From: Thermaerobacter sp.
GTDB taxonomy: Bacteria > Bacillota > Sulfobacillia > Thermaerobacterales > Thermaerobacteraceae
Reading direction: 5' to 3'
Assembly (NCBI GenBank): GCA_036562425.1
Contig: DATCKH010000156.1
Location: 1 to 54,585 of the forward strand
Length of the DNA: 54,585 nt
Of the stretch, positions 1 through 10,590 are shown piece by piece; position 1 is the first letter of the stretch; each line of letters starts with the position of its first letter. Position numbers and translations under genes: made by a program. The notes under the pieces were generated by a model. The model did not search any database. It was not told where the DNA came from and saw nothing but the letters and a program-made list of their open reading frames with translations.

Positions 1-82
1 CGACCACCTCCAGGCCGGGACCGACGCGCGTCTCGTAGATCCGGTCACCCACGGACCCGACCTCGCGCACTTGGACCTCCAT
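1..82 (-). CDS. hypothetical protein, N-terminal fragment; the gene runs off the left edge
   Basis: ATG at 82-80 has GGGAGGAGG about 10 nt upstream. It reads MEVQVREVGSVGDRIYETRVGPGLEVV to the window edge. Too short to assign a family. Confidence 0.3.
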   Translation of the reverse strand, partial: MEVQVREVGSVGDRIYETRVGPGLEVV

Positions 83-306
83 GGATGCATCGCCTCCTCC
101 CGCGCGCGGGCGCGCCCCGCGCCATTGGCGGGCACCGTACCCCTGGCGCTCAGGCCGCGTAGGTTCGCCAGGACCGCTCATGCCGCGCCTCATGCCGCGC
201 CGCAGCCGGCCGTCGCTGGCGGTACCCGGGGCTGTCGCTGCCACTAGGAATACCGCGGCGGGGGGCCGCGGATACTACCGCCCAGGACCAGAAGGAGGGA
301 CCCGCC

Positions 307-570
307 ATGCCCGTGACGGACCAGTTCCAGCAGTTCGCGCGGGAACTGTCCCAGCGGGTTCGGGCCGCCCAATCCGCCGGCATGTCCCAGGACGAGATCA
401 AGGCCCGGGCCCAGGAGATCGGCGACTGGCTGGCGCGCGCGGTCGAGCCGCGCACACCGGAGCAGCGCCTGCTGAAGGAAATGTGGCAGGTCGCCAACCA
501 GCAGGAGCAGGAAGCCATCGCCAGCTCGCTGGTGAAGCTGGTGCAGCGCCAGCCCGGCGCTCAGGGCTGA
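307..570 (+). CDS. DUF3243 (YmfJ-like) small protein
   Basis: 87 aa with GAAGGAGGG 6 nt upstream of the ATG. The pattern ..AGMSQDEI..IGDWLA..VEPRTPEQRLLKEMWQVA..EQEAIASSLVKLVQ resembles the Bacillus YmfJ family, recalled from memory. Confidence 0.75.
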   Translation: MPVTDQFQQFARELSQRVRAAQSAGMSQDEIKARAQEIGDWLARAVEPRTPEQRLLKEMWQVANQQEQEAIASSLVKLVQRQPGAQG

Positions 571-610
571 CGCCCGGCGCCAGCCGCACGACCGCTGGAA
601 ACGACCCGTG

Positions 611-648
611 CTCGCGAGCCTCGAGGATCTCGAGGCTCGCGATTTTCG
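611..648 (+). terminator. intrinsic terminator after the DUF3243 gene
   Basis: Near-perfect inverted repeat TCGCGAGCCTCGAG / CTCGAGGCTCGCGA (612-642) followed by TTTT (643-646). Confidence 0.8.
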
Positions 649-711
649 TGAGCCTTATGGGCGCGCCGCCCGGCCCCTTGCGACCCCCTCTTTCTTCAAT
701 GCATCCGTTCT

Positions 712-1587
712 TCATGCGCCCATGCCGCAGGACGCGCGGATGATGAGCCGGGGTGGCAGCCGCTCCGGCTCGGCTCTGCGTTCCCCGGCCGGCGTCCCGG
801 CCCGGGCCAGCTCCGCCAGGCGGAGGGCGGCCGCCCCGGCCAGTTCTGCCAGCGGCGGCGCGATGGTGGTCAGGCGCGGTCGCAGGGCGCGGGCCAGCGG
901 CCCGTCGCCGTAGCCGACCACGGCCACGTCCCCGGGAACGCGCAGGCCGCGCTTCTCCAGCACCTCGAGGGCAGCCGCCGCCAGGGACTCGGAGGCCGCG
1001 AACAGGGCCGTGGGCGGCTCGGAGGCCGCCAGCAACTCCTCGCAGGCCAACTGGCCGGCACCCGCCGTGGCCGGCACCTGGCGCACGCGCTCCTCGGGCA
1101 GCTCGCGGCCGTTATGCAGGAGTGCCTGGCGAAACCCACGCAGCCGCTCATCGTGGGACGTGACACCCGGCTCCGGGCCCAGGTAGGCGATGCGCCGGTG
1201 CTTGAGGTTGACCAGGTGCTTGCCCGCCTGGTAGCCGGCCCGGTAGTTCTCGACGACGAAAGCATCGAAGCGGGTCGCGGGCAGGTAGCGCTCGGCCAGC
1301 ACGGCGACACGGCCGGCTAGTTCCCGCGCCAGCGCCTCGCCGGCCCCCCGGGCCGGCACCACCAGCAGCGGCTCGCCGGCGGGCAGCGACCGGATCCACT
1401 CCACCTGGACGGCCTCCGACTCGCCCGCGGGCCAGACCGCCACCTGCCGGAAGTAGCCTCGCAGGGCGCCGGCCAGGGCATCCACCAGCGGCGCCCATTC
1501 CGCGGTCACGCCGGGCACCACCACATGGCAGCGCTCGAGGGTGCCCCGGCGCGCCGGTTCCTCTTCACCCGGCCTGCCGATGGACAT
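712..1587 (-). CDS. LacI-family ligand-binding (periplasmic-binding-fold) domain protein lacking the N-terminal HTH
   Basis: ATG at 1587 has GGGGAGGAAGG 7 nt upstream; 291 aa. The core matches LacI/GalR sugar-binding domains (..RIAYLGPEPGVTSHDERLRGFRQAL.., ..DVAVVGYGD..). No HTH is encoded in any upstream frame. The 480-aa track ORF is an artefactual extension. Confidence 0.8.
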   Translation of the reverse strand: MSIGRPGEEEPARRGTLERCHVVVPGVTAEWAPLVDALAGALRGYFRQVAVWPAGESEAVQVEWIRSLPAGEPLLVVPARGAGEALARELAGRVAVLAERYLPATRFDAFVVENYRAGYQAGKHLVNLKHRRIAYLGPEPGVTSHDERLRGFRQALLHNGRELPEERVRQVPATAGAGQLACEELLAASEPPTALFAASESLAAAALEVLEKRGLRVPGDVAVVGYGDGPLARALRPRLTTIAPPLAELAGAAALRLAELARAGTPAGERRAEPERLPPRLIIRASCGMGA

Positions 1588-1691
1588 GGGTCGACCTTCC
1601 TCCCCGTGCTCCCTTCCCAGGGTAATGTGCCGCCCGTCGCCCGGCAAGCCATAGGGTCCGTTGCGCCGGGGCCCGGGCGCGCCAGCGCGAG

Positions 1692-1780
1692 GCACCCGCA
1701 CGGCACCACAGCACCCGCGCCGCCCGCGGGAGCACCCGCAATCCAGCAAGAGCACCCGCGCGGCCCGCGGGAGCACCCGC
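1692..1780. repeat. five phased copies of GCACCCGC (starts 1692, 1711, 1732, 1752, 1773)
   Basis: Read directly from the sequence. Spacings are 19, 21, 20 and 21 bp. Copies 2 and 4 extend to nearly identical 21-mers, GCACCCGCGC(C/G)GCCCGCGGGA. The array lies in the divergent intergenic region between 1587 and 1886. Confidence 0.9.
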
Positions 1781-1885
1781 ACGGCGCCCGCGGCGGCGCC
1801 CCGGTCGCCCGGTGGCGGACCTGGACGGGCGGAATAATCGCTGACAGCCCCCCATATTCCTGTAGCACGAGAGGAGGGTGGGGGT

Positions 1886-2425
1886 ATGGAGCGACTCAAT
1901 CGCGTCTGGGCCGTGGTCGCCGTCCTGGTCGTCGCTTTCATGGCGTACAGCGTCGGCGGTTGGCTGAACAACGTGCAGCAGACCATGGCCACCGTCGACG
2001 ACCTCACCGTGCGCCTGACCCAGCTGGAGGCCCAGCAGGCCGAGATCTCCGCGGCCCTGGCCGGCAGCGGGGAGCTGGCCTCGGCCTGGCCCGATGGCGA
2101 CAGCAGCCAGAGCGGCTCCGGCCAGCAGGCCGCGGGCGACGACCAGGACGGCACGTCCCCGGGTCAGGACCAGGACGGCAGCGATAGCGGTAGCGCGCCG
2201 GCCCAGCCGCAGGCCAGTGCCGGCGGCGGCAACACGGCCACCGTCACCACCCAGTACCTCAACGTCCGCGCCGAGCCGACCACCGACTCCACGCGGGTCG
2301 GCACCCTGGCGGAGGGTTCCACCGTGCAGGTGCTGGAGGAACGCGACGGCTGGGCGCGGGTCCGTTACCAGGCCGGCGGCAAGACCTACGAAGGCTGGGT
2401 GGACGCCCGCTACCTGAAGCGCTGA
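1886..2425 (+). CDS. membrane-anchored SH3b (SH3_3) domain protein
   Basis: GAGGAGGGTGGGGGT precedes the ATG. It has an N-terminal TM helix (VWAVVAVLVVAFMAY), a coiled/low-complexity D/S/G/Q region and a C-terminal bacterial SH3 pattern (TTQYLNVRAEPTTDSTRVGTLAEGSTVQVLEERDGWARVRY..GWVDARYL). Confidence 0.8.
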   Translation: MERLNRVWAVVAVLVVAFMAYSVGGWLNNVQQTMATVDDLTVRLTQLEAQQAEISAALAGSGELASAWPDGDSSQSGSGQQAAGDDQDGTSPGQDQDGSDSGSAPAQPQASAGGGNTATVTTQYLNVRAEPTTDSTRVGTLAEGSTVQVLEERDGWARVRYQAGGKTYEGWVDARYLKR

Positions 2426-2569
2426 ACTCGTGGCCGCCGCGCTCCCCCGGCCCGGCACCGGCCGCCCCTGACGGCGCCCGCGACGCGGAAGATGGCCCCG
2501 CTCACCGCCGCCTCGCCCGTTCTCGCGCGGCCTCACCCCGAGGCCGCTCTTCTCTGGCCGGGAAATCCC

Positions 2570-2593
2570 GGAGCCGCCCTCGCGGGCGGCTCC
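2570..2593. terminator. 10-bp perfect GC hairpin between convergent genes; possible bidirectional terminator
   Basis: GGAGCCGCCC tcgc GGGCGGCTCC. There is no clear U-tract on either strand, so function is uncertain. Confidence 0.35.
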
Positions 2594-2702
2594 CGGCCAT
2601 GCCGACGAGAAGATGAACCCGGGAATCAGGCGGTTGTCCCGCCATCGGCGGGAAGCCCGCCATGGCGGCTGGCGGCCCCGCCAATAGCGGGCGGCGCCGC
2701 GC

Positions 2703-3098
2703 TCAGGCCTGTTCCACCGCCGCCGCCAGCGCCGCCTGGACGGTCGCAAGGAGGTCGTGCAACCCGAAGGGCTTTTCCAGGACCCACCGCACGCCGTAGG
2801 CAGCGACGATCTCGTCCACCCCCACGCTACCGGTCATCAACACCACCGGGATGGACCGGAGTTGCGGGTCGCCCTGCAATGCCTTGAGGACGGCGCCGCC
2901 ATGCATGCGGGGCATGACCCAGTCCATCAGGATCAGGTGGGGACGAACGCTGCGCGCCTGCTCGAGGGCCTGGTGCCCGTCGTCCGCCAGGTGCACCTCG
3001 TATCCCTGCTCCGCTAGCGCCAGTTGGAGAAAGGCTCGCACCGACGGCACGTCGTCGACCACCAGGATGCGAACGCCGGCTCCCGATCTCCGCTGCAA
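2703..3098 (-). CDS. stand-alone response regulator (CheY-like receiver domain only)
   Basis: TTG start has GGGGGAGGGGG 7 nt upstream; 131 aa. Receiver motifs are present: ILVVDD, MDWVMPRMHG, PVVLMTGS. Confidence 0.85.
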   Translation of the reverse strand: MQRRSGAGVRILVVDDVPSVRAFLQLALAEQGYEVHLADDGHQALEQARSVRPHLILMDWVMPRMHGGAVLKALQGDPQLRSIPVVLMTGSVGVDEIVAAYGVRWVLEKPFGLHDLLATVQAALAAAVEQA

Positions 3099-3235
3099 GC
3101 CCGCACCCCCTCCCCCGGCCCGTCCAAACCCAGGCTCCGCTCCGGGCCGGGTTGTCTATACGAGTTGGGGATTCACACCCTCTTTCCATTCTCCTGCCAC
3201 TTGTCGAAGAGTAGACGGGATTCGACATGATGCGG

Positions 3236-3272
3236 GGTAAAACAACAAGGGCCGGTGCATGGCACCGGCCCC
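3236..3272 (-). terminator. intrinsic terminator of rpsD
   Basis: On the minus strand, GGGCCGGTGC ca TGCACCGGCCC is followed by TTGTTGTTTTA, starting 10 nt after the stop. Confidence 0.85.
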
Positions 3273-3282
3273 TGTCGCTATG

Positions 3283-3888
3283 TCACCGCGAGTAGAACTC
3301 GACGATCAGCGATTCTTCCACATCCACGGGGATCTCGTCGCGGGCTGGTACGCGCAGCAACGTCCCCTGGAACTTCTCCGGCTCCACGCTGAGGTAGTCG
3401 GGCACCCGCTGGGCATTCTCCAGGCTCTCCTGGATCAGCGGGATGCGCCGGCTCTTCTCGCGCACGGCGATGACGTCACCGGGGCGAACCTGGTAGGACG
3501 GGCGGTCCACCTTCCGGCCGTTGACCTCGATGTGACCGTGGACCACCAGTTGCCGCGCCGCCCAGATCGTCGGCGCGAAGCCGAGCCGGTATACCAGGTT
3601 GTCCAGCCGGGTCTCCAGGAACTGGAGCAACCGCTCACCGGTGTTGCCGCGCGCCCGCTGGGCCCGCTCGAAGTACCGCCGGAACTGGCGCTCGAGAACC
3701 CCGTACATGAAGCGCAGCTTCTGCTTCTCCAGCAAGCGGCGGCCGTACTCGCTCAACTTCTGCCGCCGCCCCGGGCCGTGCTGCCCGGGCGGGTACGGGC
3801 GCTTGAGCGCCGGGCACTTCGGCGACCCGCAAAGGGGCCTCCCCACACGCCGGCACATGGCGTGCTTGGGGCCCGTGTACCTCGCCAT
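3283..3888 (-). CDS. rpsD: 30S ribosomal protein S4
   Basis: MARYTGPKHAMCRRVG..., 201 aa, with GGAGG upstream. Classic S4 N-terminus and S4 RNA-binding domain. The upstream 27 codons in the track ORF are not part of the gene. Confidence 0.97.
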   Translation of the reverse strand: MARYTGPKHAMCRRVGRPLCGSPKCPALKRPYPPGQHGPGRRQKLSEYGRRLLEKQKLRFMYGVLERQFRRYFERAQRARGNTGERLLQFLETRLDNLVYRLGFAPTIWAARQLVVHGHIEVNGRKVDRPSYQVRPGDVIAVREKSRRIPLIQESLENAQRVPDYLSVEPEKFQGTLLRVPARDEIPVDVEESLIVEFYSR

Positions 3889-3922
3889 CCAACCAACCTC
3901 CCACTGCCAGCAGCCAAGCGCT

Positions 3923-3950
3923 ATTTTAACCCAAGTCCCGCTCCGGTGAA
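3923..3950 (-). promoter_or_regulatory. candidate sigma-A promoter for rpsD (TTCACC-17-TAAAAT)
   Basis: AT-rich island in the 105-nt metY-rpsD gap. The -10 TAAAAT is the complement of 3923-3928 and the -35 TTCACC is the complement of 3945-3950. Confidence 0.4.
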
Positions 3951-3993
3951 GAGGCGATTTCACGAGCACGGCAATTGGCCGCGCCTCGCGGGC

Positions 3994-6021
<2,028 letters not shown>

Positions 6022-6612
6022 CTACGGGTGCCGGTCGCTACGGATCAGGGCGAACACTTCCTGGCGGCTGGCCACGTTCTCCCGGAACAGGCCGCGCACC
6101 GCGGATGTGACGGCATAGGAACCCGGCTTCTGGATCCCGCGCATGGTCATGCACAGGTGCTCGGCCTCGATCACCACCACGACGCCCCGCGGGTTCAGCC
6201 GCTGCTCGATGGCGTCGGCGATCTGGACCGTCAGGCGCTCCTGTAGCTGGGGACGGCGCGAGGCCACCTCGACAGCCCGCGCCAGCTTGCTGAGCCCCGT
6301 GATGCGCCCGTTGCGGGGCAGGTAGGCGACGTGGGCGCGGCCGTGAAAGGGCAGCAGGTGGTGCTCGCACATGGAGTAGAAGGGGATGTCCTTGACCAGC
6401 ACGACCTCGTCGTGATCAGTCTCGAAGAAGACGTCCAGCTCGTCGGCGGGGTCCCTGCCCAGGCCGCTAAAGAGCTCCTGATACGCCCGGGCGACGCGGC
6501 CCGGCGTGTCCACCAGGCCCTCCCGCTGGGGGTCCTCGCCGATGGCCTCGAGGATGGCCAGAACCGCCCGCTCGATCTGCTGCAGGTCGAATTCCTCCGC
6601 AAGGCGGGGCAT
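6022..6612 (-). CDS. folE: GTP cyclohydrolase I
   Basis: [11 protein letters not shown].., 196 aa, with AAAGGAG upstream. It contains the FolE hallmark ..[12 protein letters not shown].. and ..[11 protein letters not shown].. Confidence 0.95.
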   Translation of the reverse strand: MPRLAEEFDLQQIERAVLAILEAIGEDPQREGLVDTPGRVARAYQELFSGLGRDPADELDVFFETDHDEVVLVKDIPFYSMCEHHLLPFHGRAHVAYLPRNGRITGLSKLARAVEVASRRPQLQERLTVQIADAIEQRLNPRGVVVVIEAEHLCMTMRGIQKPGSYAVTSAVRGLFRENVASRQEVFALIRSDRHP

Positions 6613-6655
6613 GGACACCGGCTCCTTTCTCTGGGCATGTCCGCTTGACGCTCCC

Positions 6656-6684
6656 ATTCTACCGGAAGGGCCGTCCCTGCCCAA
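6656..6684 (-). promoter_or_regulatory. candidate promoter for folE (TTGGGC-17-TAGAAT)
   Basis: The -10 TAGAAT is the complement of 6656-6661 and the -35 is the complement of 6679-6684, with an exact 17-nt spacer, about 40 nt upstream of the ATG. Confidence 0.45.
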
Positions 6685-6703
6685 GGAAACCGGTCCGGTC
6701 CCC

Positions 6704-7171
6704 TCACCCGCCGTGGATCCGGGCGACGCACCACAACACGGTGATGCCGCAGGCCGCCTCCACGGCCAGCAACGCCACCAGCCACCGCATGCCGGCGGCC
6801 AGGGTGGCGGAACCGGCCGGGCGGCGCAACATGCGGGTGACACCGAGGGAGATGGCACCGCCGGTGAGCAGCATACCGAGGGCGCCGGCCATCTTGCCCA
6901 GCAGCAGGCGGCCGTAGCCGGTGGCCGGCAGGCGCGCGGGCTCCCAGGGCAGGGCCAGGACGCGGGCCAGGCCGCTCAGGACCACCACCGCCGCCGCACA
7001 GGCGGCCAGGTGGTGAAAGCGGCTGATGAGCTCCAGCCACAGCCGGCGCCGGGCCGGCGGCGGCTCGGCCGCCAGCACGGGAGTCACCACCATCAACTGG
7101 TACAGCACGCTCCCGAGCCAGAGCACCGCGCCCACGTCATGGGCCCAGACCCACCATGCCCCTCGACCCAT
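6704..7171 (-). CDS. small polytopic membrane protein (about 4 TM, CopD-like by composition)
   Basis: 155 aa with four hydrophobic helices. It sits in the same-strand run of genes with folE. Family assignment is weak. Confidence 0.55.
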   Translation of the reverse strand: MGRGAWWVWAHDVGAVLWLGSVLYQLMVVTPVLAAEPPPARRRLWLELISRFHHLAACAAAVVVLSGLARVLALPWEPARLPATGYGRLLLGKMAGALGMLLTGGAISLGVTRMLRRPAGSATLAAGMRWLVALLAVEAACGITVLWCVARIHGG

Positions 7172-7249
7172 GGGCGTCGCCCCCCGAGCACGGTACGCGG
7201 GGGCGGTCGCGGGTAGAACCGGCCGGGGCCCCGGTCCCGGCCCGCGCGC

Positions 7250-7663
7250 TCACACCTCTTCGGCCCGGGGCGGCCAGGGATGGACCGTCAGTTCCTCCCG
7301 CTCCCCGTAGCGGGCCAGGTCTACGCGCAACTCGGCGCGCTCCGCCCGGTCCCGCGCCCCGTCCCCGTACCAGTCGCGGACGAACTCGTCCACCAGGGGA
7401 TCGACGTAAACTTCCACGGAGACCGGTTCCGGCGAGGCGGCTCCCGGGCCCGCCGTCGCCGGGCCGGCACCATCCAGGGAAACCGTCACCGCGCGGAAGC
7501 CGCCCTCGGGGGGCGGCCCCAGGTGAACCTCCGGGGGCAGGTTGGGCGAGCAGCAGCCACTCACCAGGAAAGCGGTCACCGTCAGGCAGTGCTGGAGCTC
7601 GGGACGTGCCGCCAGCTCCCGCCGCACGAACGCCGCCGCCGCGGGAGAGAGCCGCACCCGCAT
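7250..7663 (-). CDS. hypothetical protein with a vicinal Cys-Cys motif (..FLVSGCCSPNLPP..)
   Basis: ATG at 7663 has AGGAGG 8 nt upstream; 137 aa. Its shape recalls small 'CC/Se motif' proteins, but that is an unverified recollection. Confidence 0.6.
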   Translation of the reverse strand: MRVRLSPAAAAFVRRELAARPELQHCLTVTAFLVSGCCSPNLPPEVHLGPPPEGGFRAVTVSLDGAGPATAGPGAASPEPVSVEVYVDPLVDEFVRDWYGDGARDRAERAELRVDLARYGEREELTVHPWPPRAEEV

Positions 7664-7717
7664 CGCGGCCACCTCCTGACCCGCGGGCGCCGGTGGCGCC
7701 GGGCGCCCGTTCTTCCC

Positions 7718-7730
7718 ATTGTAGTACAAT
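7718..7730. promoter_or_regulatory. 13-bp palindrome ATTGTAgTACAAT giving back-to-back TACAAT -10 boxes for the two divergent genes
   Basis: Read directly. TACAAT on the plus strand is at 7725-7730, 47 nt before ATG 7777. TACAAT on the minus strand is at 7723-7718, 55 nt before ATG 7663. It is the only AT-rich spot in the 113-bp intergenic region. Confidence 0.5.
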
Positions 7731-7776
7731 CAAGTCTGGCACGGATTTCGAGGGATTGCAAAGGAGTGTGGCGTGC

Positions 7777-8562
7777 ATGAGCGCGACCCAGGTTCTCGCC
7801 CAGCCCGTGGAGGTCCCCCGCGACCGCTTCGAGCAAGAAGTGCTGCAGCACAAGGGCCAGGTTCTGGTAGAGCTGTGGAAGCCGGGCGCGGCCACCCGGT
7901 TCTTCAGCGAAGCGCTGGTGGAACAGGCGCGCCGCCACCCCGAGGTCAAGCTGGTGCGCATCAACGTCGAGGAGTACCGGGATCTCATCGAGGAATACCA
8001 CAGCCGCCGCGCCATCAACCAGACGTACGATCTCTCCCACGTGCCCGGTGTGGCGCTCTTCCGGAACGGGAAGCTGATCACGACGATGAAGCCCATCATC
8101 GTCAACTCCGATCCGGCCCTCATCGCCTACAACGTGCGCCGGCAACTGGACGTGTTCCTGGCCAAGTTCGTGGAGGACGTGAAGACCAGCGTGCCCACCG
8201 ACGAGTCCGATTCGCCGGGCGCCGGCCAGCAGGGTGCCGGCGGCGGGGCCGATGACAAGGACGCCAAGGTCAAGGCCGCGCTGGAGAAGGCGGCCAAGCT
8301 CAAGGCCGAGCGGGCCAAGCAGAAGGCGGCGGCCGCCAAGGCCGGCGGCGCCCCGGAGGCGAAGGCCGGCACCGCCGGGAAGGGCGGTGGCAACGGGCGC
8401 GGCGGGGAGACCGCGGGCTCGGCGGTGGGTACGCCGGCCCAGCCCCGTGCGGCCGCGGCCAAGGACCCCGCCGCGGCCCAGGGCTCCCAGGGAACCCCGG
8501 CCGGTGGCAACAAGGGAGACGGCGGAGACGGCGGGAACAAGGAAGAGAACCAGCAGTCCTGA
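7777..8562 (+). CDS. thioredoxin-fold protein lacking the CxxC active site, with a K/A/G-rich low-complexity tail
   Basis: AAGGAG lies 9 nt upstream of the ATG. Residues ~10-125 align to thioredoxin topology, but the WCGPC position reads WKPGAA. The C-terminal ~120 aa are Lys/Ala/Gly-rich. Confidence 0.75.
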   Translation: MSATQVLAQPVEVPRDRFEQEVLQHKGQVLVELWKPGAATRFFSEALVEQARRHPEVKLVRINVEEYRDLIEEYHSRRAINQTYDLSHVPGVALFRNGKLITTMKPIIVNSDPALIAYNVRRQLDVFLAKFVEDVKTSVPTDESDSPGAGQQGAGGGADDKDAKVKAALEKAAKLKAERAKQKAAAAKAGGAPEAKAGTAGKGGGNGRGGETAGSAVGTPAQPRAAAAKDPAAAQGSQGTPAGGNKGDGGDGGNKEENQQS

Positions 8563-8673
8563 CGCGACAGCCCGCCACGGCTGGCGGCCGGCGACGGCCC
8601 GCAACGGCCCGCAACTGCCAGCGACGGCCGGCCCCTCCCGCCGACGGCCGCCAGGGGTACCCCGCGGTCCAGA

Positions 8674-8730
8674 GGGAAGGCCGCACGGTTTCCCGGAAAC
8701 CTCCGGGCCGTGCGGCCTCCCTTCTTCCTT
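8674..8730 (+). terminator. intrinsic terminator after the thioredoxin-like gene
   Basis: A 14-bp stem, GGGA(A)GGCCGCACGG ... CCGTGCGGCCTCCC, is followed by TTCTTCCTTA. It lies between convergent genes. Confidence 0.65.
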
Positions 8731-8808
8731 ACGCGCCTCTCTTCTACCCCGGCACCCGGATTCCCCGGCCCCCTTACCGCTGGCCGGATCGCCCGCGGGC
8801 CCGGTTGG

Positions 8809-10404
8809 TCAGTCGATCCGCTCGTAGGCGGGCAGCGTCAGGAACTCGATGAACTCCTGGCTGAGGGCCACCTGCTCGAACAGTTCCCGCGCCTCCTGGA
8901 AGCGGCCGTTGCGGAAGAACTCGTCGCCAGTAGCGGCTCGGATCTTCTCCATCTCCTCGTCGGCGACGCGCCGCACCAGGTCGGCGGTCACCCGGGGGCC
9001 CTCCTTGAGGCTGGCGCCGTGGCGCACCCACTGCCAGACCTGGGCCCGGGCGATCTCCGCCGTCGCGGCGTCCTCCATCAGGTTGAAGATGGCCGCCGCG
9101 CCGTTGCCCCGCAGCCATGACGCCAGGTACTGGATACCCACGCTGACGTTGTTGCGCAGCCCGGCCTCGGTGATCTCGCCCCCGGGCACCCGCACGTCCA
9201 GCAGGTCCCGCGCGGCGACCTGCACGTCCTCCCGCAGGCGCTGGATCTGGTTGGGCCGGTCGCCCAGCACGCCATCGAAGACCTCCATGGCCACCGGCAC
9301 CAGGTCCGGGTGGGCCACCCAGGTGCCGTCGAAGCCGTCATTGGCCTCGCGGACCTTGTCCTCCCGCACCTTGGCCAGGGCCACCTCGTTGACCTTCGGG
9401 TCCTTGCGGCTGGGGATGAACGCGGCCATGCCGCCGATGGCGTGGGCCCCCCGCCGGTGGCAGGTCTTCACCAGCAGCTCGGTGTAGGCCCGCATGAAGG
9501 GCACCGTCATGGTCACCTGGGCGCGGTCCGGCAGCAGGAAGGCCGGGTCGTGCCGGAACTTCTTGATGACGCTGAAGATATAGTCCCAGCGCCCGGCGTT
9601 GAGGCCGGCGGAGTGGTCCCGCAGCTCGTACAGGATTTCCTCCATCTCGAAGGCGGCCAGGATCGTTTCGATCAGCACGGTGGCCTTGATGGTCCCGCGG
9701 GGGATGCCCAGCTCGTCCTGGGCGAAGTTGAAGACGTCGTTCCAGAGCCGTGCCTCCAGGTGGCTCTCCAGCTTGGGCAGGTAGAAGTAGGGGCCGGATC
9801 CCTTCTCGATCAGGCGCCGGGCATTGTGGAAGAAGTACAGGCCGAAGTCAAAGAGGCTGGCGGACATGGGCTTGCCGTCCACCAGCACGTGCTTTTCCTC
9901 CAGGTGCCAGCCGCGCGGCCGCACCACCAGGGTCGCCACCTTTTCCTTCAGCTTGTAATGCCGGCCGTCGGGGCTGGTGTACTCGATGGTCCCATTGACT
10001 GCGTCCACCAGGTTGATCTGCCCCTGGATGCAGTTGTCCCAGGTAGGCGTGTTGGCGTCCTCGAAGTCGGCCATGAAGACCCTGGCGCCCGAGTTGAGGG
10101 CGTTGATCATCATCTTCCGGTCCACCGGCCCGGTGATCTCCACCCGGCGGTCCTGAAGGTCCTTGGGCACCGGCGCGACGCGCCAGTCACCCTCCCGCAC
10201 GTGCCGGGTGGCGTCCAGGAAATCAGGCCTAGCGCCGGCGTCCAGTTCCGCCTGCCGCTCCGCCCGGCGGCGCAGCAGCGCCTCGCGCGTGGGGTTGAAC
10301 TCCCTCTGCAGGCGCGCGATGAAGGCGAGGGCTTCGGGTGTGAGGATTTCGTCGTAGCGTTCCTTCATCGGCCCGCGGATCTCGATGCCGTCCAGTGCGG
10401 CCAT
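8809..10404 (-). CDS. aceB: malate synthase A
   Basis: About 531 aa with full-length family match (..[13 protein letters not shown].., ..[11 protein letters not shown]..). The start is ambiguous among GTG 10422, ATG 10410 and ATG 10404. ATG 10404 has the best spacing to GGAGGGAGG. Confidence 0.95.
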   Translation of the reverse strand: MAALDGIEIRGPMKERYDEILTPEALAFIARLQREFNPTREALLRRRAERQAELDAGARPDFLDATRHVREGDWRVAPVPKDLQDRRVEITGPVDRKMMINALNSGARVFMADFEDANTPTWDNCIQGQINLVDAVNGTIEYTSPDGRHYKLKEKVATLVVRPRGWHLEEKHVLVDGKPMSASLFDFGLYFFHNARRLIEKGSGPYFYLPKLESHLEARLWNDVFNFAQDELGIPRGTIKATVLIETILAAFEMEEILYELRDHSAGLNAGRWDYIFSVIKKFRHDPAFLLPDRAQVTMTVPFMRAYTELLVKTCHRRGAHAIGGMAAFIPSRKDPKVNEVALAKVREDKVREANDGFDGTWVAHPDLVPVAMEVFDGVLGDRPNQIQRLREDVQVAARDLLDVRVPGGEITEAGLRNNVSVGIQYLASWLRGNGAAAIFNLMEDAATAEIARAQVWQWVRHGASLKEGPRVTADLVRRVADEEMEKIRAATGDEFFRNGRFQEARELFEQVALSQEFIEFLTLPAYERID

Positions 10405-10590
10405 GCCCATACCTCCCTCCACTCTGCCTCGACCCTCGCTTTGTCAACGCCGTTCGCCGTCACGGAGGAGATCCCTGCCAGCCCGCAGCCGGTACAACCG
10501 CCCCTTCGCGGGGCCCGGCCGCCCAATCTGGCCCTGCCCGTACACCGAGTACACTCGCACCGGCATACACAGATGCGGGAGGTGAAAACG

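Noticed and set aside
10541-10571. GTACAC / GTACAC / ATACAC triple repeat upstream of the LysM gene as an operator
   Set aside because: The motifs are short (6 nt) and irregularly spaced, and they cannot be distinguished from chance. They are mentioned only in connection with the weak CATACA -10-like element.
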